DNA of 64,000 bases, from contig NC_042997.1 in the NCBI RefSeq assembly GCF_006345805.1, positions 144,522,001 to 144,586,000 on the forward strand, written 5' to 3'. A program made the position numbers and the translations under genes. Position 1 is the first letter of the stretch, and each line of letters begins with the position of its first letter. A model generated the notes under the pieces. It was not told the origin of the DNA. It searched no databases and saw only the letters and a list, made by a program, of their open reading frames with translations. Source of the stretch: Octopus sinensis. Taxonomy: Eukaryota. This document shows, piece after piece, positions 60,196-64,000 of the stretch.

Positions 60196-60632
60196 CTCTC
60201 TAGCATTTAAACCGACCATATCCAGTCAAAATTTTCTACTTGTGTTTTATGTTCAAACTGGCCAGATGTCATTCTAAAAATAAGCAATCACATAATAAAA
60301 ATTTCAAGTTAATGCAGGATAAATTCAATACAATGTGAATAAATAAGCAATTACATTTGACAGAATAATCTTATTTCTTAAACTACCCACAAGGGGCTAA
60401 ACACAGAGGGAACAAACAAGGACAGACAAAGGGATTAAGTCGATTACATCAAACACAGTGCATAACTGGTACTTAATTTATCGACCCCGAAAGAATGAAA
60501 GGCAAAGTCGACCTTGGCAAAATTTGAACTCAGAATGTAACAGCAGATGAACTACCGCAAAGCATTTCGTCCGGCGTGCTAACGTTTCTGCCAGCTCGCC
60601 GCCTTTGACAGAATAATCTGAATGCTGAAGGG
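60196..60632. mobile_element. piggyBac-type MITE family P2 with a nested family A SINE (60372-60603, minus strand)
   Basis: The SINE is flanked by a perfect 16-bp TSD TTTGACAGAATAATCT (60356-60371 / 60604-60619). Confidence 0.8.
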
Positions 60633-60925
60633 CTAATGTCTGTGTTTCCATTGCTTGCATGGATCAGATGGAATTGGTTGAGGCAGATCTTCTATGACTG
60701 TAAGTTCTTCCTGTCGCAAACCCTCACCTATTTCCCAGCAAAGTAATATTTTTCCATGGCCACACATGGTTTACATGAAGGACTGGAAATGAATAACCTC
60801 AGTTGTATGATGATGATGATGATGATGCACATTTATAACCATCACATAATGTCAAGATAAGAGTACATAGAAACACACACACACACATATGTATGTATCC
60901 AACAGGCAAAAAAATGAAAAAAAAG

Positions 60926-61318
60926 ATGGCTGTGTGGTAAGTAGCTTGTTTACCAACCACATGGTTCCGGGTTCAGTCCCACTGCGTGGCACTTTGGGCA
61001 AGTGTCTTCTACTATAGCCTCGGGCCGACCAAAGCTTTGTGAGTGGATTTGGTAGACGGAAACTGAAAGAAGCCCGTCGTATATATGTATATGTGTGCAT
61101 GTATGTTTGTGTTTGTCTCCCTAGCATTGCTTGACAACCGATGCTGGTGTGTTTATGTCCCCGTCACTTAACGGTTCGGCAAAAAGAGACCGATAGAATA
61201 AGTACTGGGCTTACAAAGAATAAGTCCCGGGGTCGAGTTGCTCGATTAAAGGCAGTGCTCCAGCATGGCCGCAGTCAAATGACTGAAACAAGTAAAAGAG
61301 TAAAAAGAGTAAAGAGTA
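60926..61318 (+). mobile_element. CORE SINE family B, young (CpG-rich)
   Basis: Near-consensus; tail CCAGCATGGCCGCAGTCAAATGACTGAAACAAGTAAAAGAGTAAAAGAG. Confidence 0.92.
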
Positions 61319-61797
61319 TCTTCAATGAATGATTTGGAAAGTTAACACAGGGATAGGCATGGCTGTTTGGTAAAGAAGTTTGTCTTGCAACTATTTGGTT
61401 TCTGGTTCAGTCCCACTGCACAGCACCTTGGGCACATGTCTTCTGTTATGGCACAAGGCCCACCAATGCCTTCTGAGTGATTTTAGTCGACAGATCCTGA
61501 AAGAAGTCTGTCGTATATGTGAGTGTGTGTGGGGAGGGGTGTCTTTGTGCTCATTGTCCACCATTGCCACTTGACATATAGACCTCAATATGCAAAAATA
61601 CAGGAAAGTCATATTATCCTTGATTTCAGTCTGCTCAATCCAGCAGGAATGGCCTGGGGTTAAATAACAGTAACACTTGTTTGTTTGTTACCAGGTTAAA
61701 TTTTTTTTGGCATCTTCGAATTCCAAAAGAAGTTCACAATCTAAGAGATATTTTGTAACTTGATGGATCCTCAGCCACTATTGGTCTCTGGCTATTG

Positions 61798-62560
61798 CAG
61801 TGGTCCTCAACTGGAGTTCATATGGCCCCTGAGGGTCCATATAAGATTCTTGGGTTTCCATGCAATAAAATTGTAAATTGGGGATCCACAATAGTATTTT
61901 AAAGGGACCTGAAAACATTTTGCTTTAGATGTATGTATTGCAAGAAACAGCTGGGTTTCTTTCTCTAGCATTTTACGTAGTTCAACCTATACAAGTGAAT
62001 GTGTGAAAAACAAAATAGGAATTTTGAAAGAAGTTTCTATAAAACTAGTTTTTAAACACCAAAATGGCTATGGGGGTCCACCAGAATAAAATAGTAATCA
62101 AAGGGACCTGTAGGTAAAAAATGGGGATCTTTTCAGTCAACGGCAGTTTTTAAAAATAATTTCCACGTAACTAAACACTTTTAAACTTCCTATACTGGTA
62201 GAATGTGTTTATAAGACATCTTTTTCTCTTGGCTTTATTGAGAAAATTCTATAGCTTGTAAGATATTTGTTGTTTTTTTCCGTCAATTTCTGCAATTTCA
62301 ACCAATCAATGACATCTATTGAGGTAAAAAAAAACATTCTGTGCCGTATGAATATGTCCCTCGTTTAAGAAACACATTGGGTTTATTTATATTTGTGAAG
62401 AAAAAAAGATACCCTTCCCTCCACCCCTAACCCTAAAACAGATTGAAATGCAATAGATCGATACTAGGGTCATAATTATGGGTGACAATTTCATATGACA
62501 AAAATAGAAAAAAAACTGCCGTTCAAACCGAAAAGATCCAAAAATGGTTGAGAACCCCTG
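61798..62560. mobile_element. hAT-type MITE
   Basis: CAGTGGTCCTCAAC / GGTTGAGAACCCCTG; TSD GGCTATTG / GTCTATTG. Confidence 0.8.
62125..62539. mobile_element. GG-ended MITE with an 8-bp TSD, nested in the hAT MITE
   Basis: GGATCTTTTCAGTCAACGGCAGTTTTT / AAAAACTGCCGTTCAAACCGAAAAGATCC; perfect TSD AAAAATGG (62117-62124 / 62540-62547). Confidence 0.85.
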
Positions 62561-62989
62561 GTCTATTGAAAGGTTTATAGTTTCATTAAGTCTAACATTG
62601 CATCTTACTAGATCATCATCAGCAACATAAGAAATTACTATTTTTTCACAAAGCTGCTCCAGCATGATAAAAATCTGTATCTTGAAATTTATGATTTATG
62701 ACTGATGCTATATTTGAGTTTCCTTAAAGCATGACCAATCAGAATTAATCTTTTTCAGCATAAAATGCCATCGGCCAAGAGAGGCTATTCTCTTACGAAA
62801 TTATTCATCCATTATTTATTTTCTCATGTAAAAAATAAATGAATAAATAAACTCCAGTTGTGAACCATAAAACAGAATTATGTTAAGTGTTTATCTCATC
62901 TCTTCTGCTGGTGTTTCTATTATTGTCCAGATCTTGTTACTATAGAACAGAACTGCTTCAATGAATGATTTGGAAAGTTAACACAGGGA

Positions 62990-63392
62990 TAGGCATGGCT
63001 GTTTGGTAAAGAAGTTCGTCTTGCAACCATTTGGATTCAGGTTCAGTCCCACTGCACAGCACCTTGGGCAAGTGTCTTCTGTTATGACACAAGGCTCACC
63101 AATGCCTTGTGAGTGATTTTAGTTGACAGATCCTGAAAGAAGTCTATCATATATGTGAGTGTGTGTGGGGAGGGATGTCTCTGTCCTCATTGTCCATCAT
63201 CACCACTTGACAACCAGTGTTGGTTTGTTTATGTCTCCATAACTTAATGGTTTGGCAAAAGAGGGTGATGGAATAAGCAGTAGCCTTAAAAAAATAAAAG
63301 TACCGGGGGGGGGGGTGATTTTTGTTTGATGAAGCTTTTTGAGGTGATGTCCCAGCATAGCTGCAGTCCAATGACTGAAGCAAGTGAAAGAT
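62990..63392 (+). mobile_element. CORE SINE family B (its 5' part is duplicated at 61320-61576)
   Basis: Complete head and tail; shares private variants with the copy at about 61355. Confidence 0.8.
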
Positions 63393-64000
63393 ATGAAAAA
63401 GATTTATTCGACTATTGCTGACAGAATAATTCCAAATACAAGGAAAATTTGTCTGCTGCTAGCCAAGATAATTAGTGTCTCTGTCAAGAATTATTTTTAC
63501 TGTCTGCTTTGTCAAATCTGTGATAACAAAAGTGTATGACAATAAGAAAACAAGTTCCTGAGATGATATATATCATTATAGCACATACAGGAAGTTTTAC
63601 AGAAAGACAGATACTGAACAGTCTGTCTCCGGTACCATTTCCATTTTCCTTTTGTAGAGACGTATGCAAGTTTGTCTCCCAGAAATATGCCTCAGGATAT
63701 TTCAAATTCATTATAGTTGCCAGGAATAGTACACAAGATAAGTATTAGTTTTAATAAACAAAGCCATAACAACATTAATGAATGAATTTGGCACTTAATA
63801 AAAGCATAGGATATCTTGAATTGTAGCTCTGTTTACACAGTCAAATGCCTTAGAAAATTTCATGAAAGTTAATAGGAGATTGCATTTTGTTGAGCTGCAG
63901 GCATTGATGCATATTCTTAATGATAGCATTTGTTTAGTAGCATTTCCATTTAGCCCGAAGCTACACTGAAAACTTAAAATTAATTTCTTCAGTTTTATTT

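Overview
AT-rich, repeat-dense eukaryotic genomic DNA. The SINE, MITE and microsatellite landscape resembles octopus (inferred from family recognition; no search was run). One host protein-coding gene is supported: a PDZ scaffold of the tamalin/GRASP-CYTIP family on the minus strand. It has three clean phase-compatible exons (10756-10899, 9342-9444, 1646-1739) and a candidate short first coding exon (22354-22395) with an upstream TATA box; the C-terminal exons lie beyond position 1. The rest is intron or intergenic DNA filled with mobile elements: a 5'-truncated CR1/L2-like LINE with a long RT ORF, an R4/Dong-type LINE relic, RTE relics, two mariner derivatives, hAT-type and piggyBac-type MITEs with TSDs, several modular tRNA-derived SINE families, two long foldback palindromes and two minisatellites. 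The most interesting signals are (1) a LINE/SINE shared 3' stem-loop with compensatory changes, (2) an (AAT)n-embedded non-coding element next to a Dong-type relic, (3) inverted repeats bracketing two PDZ exons, (4) a minisatellite of perfect splice donors and (5) a possibly decayed hammerhead ribozyme. No prokaryotic genes, CRISPR arrays, rRNA genes or true tRNA genes were seen. Most ORFs in the supplied track are microsatellite or SINE artefacts. SINE boundaries given without TSDs are approximate.
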